A stretch of DNA of 43,149 nucleotides from an uncultured Gammaproteobacteria bacterium (GTDB lineage: Bacteria; Patescibacteriota; Microgenomatia; UBA12405), in NCBI GenBank assembly GCA_964628885.1, contig CAZVMP010000003.1, positions 1-43,149 on the forward strand, read 5' to 3'. The notes under the pieces are model-generated. The model did no database searches. It had not been told where the DNA came from and worked only from the letters and a program-made list of their open reading frames with translations. The stretch's first letter is position 1. Every line of letters starts with the position of its first letter. Both the position numbers and the translations under genes were made by a program. Positions 43,095 through 43,149 of this stretch are shown here, piece by piece.

Positions 43095-43099
43095 TTTTG

Positions 43100-43149
43100 G
43101 CCGCAGTGTTGAAATTGGTATACAAGCACGGCTTAGGACCGTGTGGGGT
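43100..43149 (+). tRNA. tRNA-Leu(UAG), truncated by the window end
   Basis: GCCGCAG-TG-TTGAAATTGGTATACAA-G-CACGG-CTTAGGA-CCGTG then the start of the variable arm. Confidence 0.9.

Overview
AT-rich, gene-dense bacterial chromosome segment with no rRNA, no CRISPR array and no intact integrase or transposase. It is inferred to come from a Patescibacteria/CPR (Microgenomates-like) genome, based on a DUF5660-like gene, domain-truncated PheT/ThrS/trigger factor/HolB, and a type IV pilus locus without a secretin. Left to right it holds: a MacAB-like ABC exporter, a PAP2-LssY_C phosphatase, tRNA-Ala, pth, ligA, a Fic-HTH gene and holB (minus strand); a 12.4-kb type IV pilus cluster (pilB, pilT, pilC, ten pilin-like genes, pilD, pilMNO; plus strand); khpA-rpsP-rnc-nusB-rpmF, an HEXXH peptidase-like gene and recG (minus); a 35-aa membrane peptide and a class A PBP (plus); thrS-infC-rpmI-rplT-pheS-pheT (minus); a GT-C glycosyltransferase; an AbiL/RloAB-like ATPase+TOPRIM pair and a frameshifted HTH gene beside tRNA-Val; DUF5660, tig, a lysozyme-fold protein, efp and four more tRNAs. 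The best leads are: (1) the tRNA-Val-linked, compositionally atypical ATPase/TOPRIM candidate defence islet; (2) two promoter-flanked, G-U-rich RNA hairpins near efp and the tRNA cluster that may be unannotated small RNAs; (3) a window-wide leaderless-type promoter architecture (about 21 genes), including a repeated promoter inside the pilin array and a symmetric bidirectional promoter; (4) a pilin paralogue lacking the prepilin cleavage site. All family assignments come from motif recognition by eye; no database searches were run.
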